Origin: Narcine bancroftii
Lineage: Eukaryota
Direction: 5' to 3'
DNA length: 64,000 bases
NCBI RefSeq assembly: GCF_036971445.1
Contig: NC_091475.1
Location: forward strand, 151,962,001-152,026,000
Positions 61,545 to 64,000 of the stretch are shown piece after piece. The notes below the pieces were generated by a model. It was given only the letters and a program-made list of their open reading frames with translations, was not told the origin of the DNA and did no database searches. The stretch's first letter is position 1. Each line of letters starts with the position of its first letter. The position numbers and the translations under genes are program-made.

Positions 61545-63265
61545 CAAAGGAAAACTGAAGAGGACAAATGGGAATTTTTTGTTTCCGCGCAAGAATGGAA
61601 ACAATGAAAGATACCCGACAGCTGTGGCAGGGTCGAAATGTCATAATCAAATCCAGTGCAATGGGAGACAATAAAGCTTCACTCCCAGATGATCTCAATG
61701 TCTTCCATGCTCGATTTGAACACAAGAACAAGAACCACCACTGCGCAGCCTCATGTTCCCTGATGATCCTCTCCTGATCATATCCAAGGGCTCCCTTCAG
61801 GAGAATGAATCCAAGGAAAGCAACAGCCCAGACAATGTACCCGGCGAAGTATTAAAAATCTGTGCTGACGAACTTACCAATGTATTCATGGATATCTTCA
61901 ACATCTCACTCTGGCAGGATGCAGTACCCACCAATTTCAAACAGGCATCAATTGTCCTGGTGCCTGAGAAGAGTGTGATAACCTGGCTAAATGACTAGTG
62001 GAATTCATATCAATGATGATGAAGTGCTTTGAAAGGCCAGTGTTGAAACATATCAGCTCCTTTCTGATCAGTGGCATGGATCCGTTTCAATTCACCCATC
62101 ATAGCAACAGGCCCACAGCGGATGCCATCTCATTGGTTCTACACAAAGCCCTGGCATTTAACACCATAATCCCCTCAAAACTGATCTGCAAACTCCAAGA
62201 CCTTGGACTCCACACCCCACTGTGTAATTGGATCCTGAATTTCCTCACCGCTAGACCACAATCAATGAGGATTGGCAAAAAAAAATCTCCTCCACAATCT
62301 CCATCTGAGCACCCCTGCTCTACTCACTTTACTCCTAGGACCATGTGGCTCAGTAAGATACCTACCTACAAATTAGCTGGTGAATCCACAGTAGTGGGCT
62401 GAAAAATAAAGTGGCAATCTGTCAACATACAGGACGGTGATTGAAAATTTGGCTGAATGGTGTGCCAACAACAACCTCGCACTCAATGTCACCTAAACCA
62501 AGGACCTCATTGTTGTCTTCAGAAAGGGAAAAGCAGAGCGGTGATCATTGGAAGATCGGAGATGGAAATGGTAAGCAAATGTAAGTTCTTGGGAGTCTAT
62601 ATCTTGGAGGATCTTTCCTGGACCCAACATACTAATGGCATTTTAAAGAAAGCTCATCAGCACCTCTAGTTCCTCAGAAGTGTGTGGAGGTTAGGTACGT
62701 CATTGAAAACCCTGGCAAATTTCTATAGATGTGTGGTAGAAATGTGCTGACCAGCTGCATCACTCTCTGGTATGGGAACACTAATATCCTTGAGTGAAAA
62801 ATCCTGCAAAAGGTAGTGGACACCTTCCAGAACATCACAGGCAAAACCCTCCCCACCACTGATTGTATCTACAGGGAACACCGCTGCTGGAGAGCAGCAC
62901 CAATCATCAAGGATCTTCACCACCCAGCACACACACTGTTCTCAATGCTGCCGTCAGGAAAGCAGTATAGGTGTCACAAGACTCGTACCACCAGTTTCCG
63001 GAAGAGCTGCTACCCCTCTACCATCAGAACCCTCAACAACAAAGTCAGTCAGGGACTCATTTAAGGACTCCTACTTTTGTACTTTATTTTTTTCTCTCTG
63101 TATTGTAGTTTGTTTACATTTCTTTATTTGTTTACATGGGTACATTGTGTACAGTTTTTTTTTGCACTACCAATTAATGGCAATTTGGCCTTGCCCACAG
63201 GGAAAAAAAATCTCAGTGTTTCATGTGATATCAGTTATATGCTCTGATAAATAAATTTGAAATCT
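61545..63265 (+). mobile_element. Rex1/Babar LINE, degraded RT to 3' tail
   Basis: [72 protein letters not shown]. Confidence 0.92.
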
Positions 63266-63794
63266 AGTTCTGTCCTGGTAATAAGCTAAAAGCAAAGCAG
63301 AGTCACAGGAGGAGAGCACAGGAGAGGGGTGATATGTCTACCACCTTCCTTCCCTCCCCCTCTCTCTCACCCCCACACTTGTACACCTCATTACTCAGAT
63401 ATTGCCAGCTATTTACTCAAACAAGATAGCCACATTGCCTAAATAATTTGCAAAACATTCTTGGATGCTTTTCCCTCTGAGTAGAAATGACTCGATGGTT
63501 TATAAACAAGAACAACAAGAGTTAACTGGGAGGGTACTGGTTTAATGAAAAAAGGCTTTACTTTGTTCCTTTAGAGTGGCCATTGTGGATCCTATGGCTA
63601 TTGGCGAGGCTGAAACAAAAGATTACAGCATACCTAACCCTCGCTCTCAAATTCCACATTCCTCAAATAGCTTTTGATTTACAGAGGAGTAAATATACTC
63701 CTCTCCCAGGCTAAGAATGACAGCCTTAATCTAGCATCCTTCTCCTTCCTGATATATAATTACAATCTGATAACAAGGGGGAGACAATAAGAAA

Positions 63795-63965
63795 CAAAAA
63801 CTGCAGCATTTGAAGTGTTGAATAAAATGCTGGAAATAATCATCAAGTTGGGTTGCATCTGTGGGAGGGGAAACAGAATTAATGTTTTAAGTAAAAAAGT
63901 TTTCAATTCATCTTTTTCTCCTCCCACAGAGGTGGCTTGACTTTCTGAGTATTTCCTGTTTTGAT
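63795..63965. repeat. Degraded palindromic Penelope/MER6-like element
   Basis: aatgctggaaat...catctgtgggagg...tcctcccacaga...ctgagtatttcc; same family as the 57150 hairpin. Confidence 0.5.
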
Positions 63966-64000
63966 TCTAGGAGTGAGCAAACAGAAACGTGCCAAGAATG

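Overview
This is eukaryotic, AT-rich, repeat-dense DNA. The repeat set (CR1, Rex1/Babar, L1, RTE, Penelope-like, HE1-type V-SINEs, a probable DeuSINE) points to a cartilaginous fish, probably a ray or skate; this is inference. I found no intact host gene and no prokaryotic features. Every recognisable ORF derives from a retroelement. Main contents: (i) two young, near-identical Mag-like Ty3/Gypsy elements in inverted orientation (1-2455 +, and full-length 6071-10795 - with 175-bp LTRs, CTTCC TSD and tRNA-Ser PBS); (ii) a deep nest at 4.3-15.6 kb in which a Penelope-like host contains MITE pieces and a CR1, and the CR1 contains the Gypsy, an L1 and an RTE tail, creating an in-frame CR1/L1 chimeric ORF; (iii) a repeat-poor island at about 17-25.5 kb with candidate minus-strand short exons and regulatory motifs of an unidentified host gene; (iv) an internally deleted L1 (26.4-29.5 kb); (v) an old CsRn1-type Gypsy (40.6-44.7 kb, tRNA-Trp PBS) nested in an L1 tail nested in Rex1; (vi) two solo LTRs, a Harbinger-like MITE, a perfect 34-bp hairpin, decayed hammerhead-ribozyme motifs and an unexplained degenerate ~0.4-kb-period tandem array at 48.2-49.3 kb. 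I cannot demonstrate a novel biological system from the sequence alone. The best leads are the candidate exon cluster, the 48-49 kb array, the unclassified Rex1-tailed SINE-like family and the perfect hairpin. Boundaries of old repeats are approximate.
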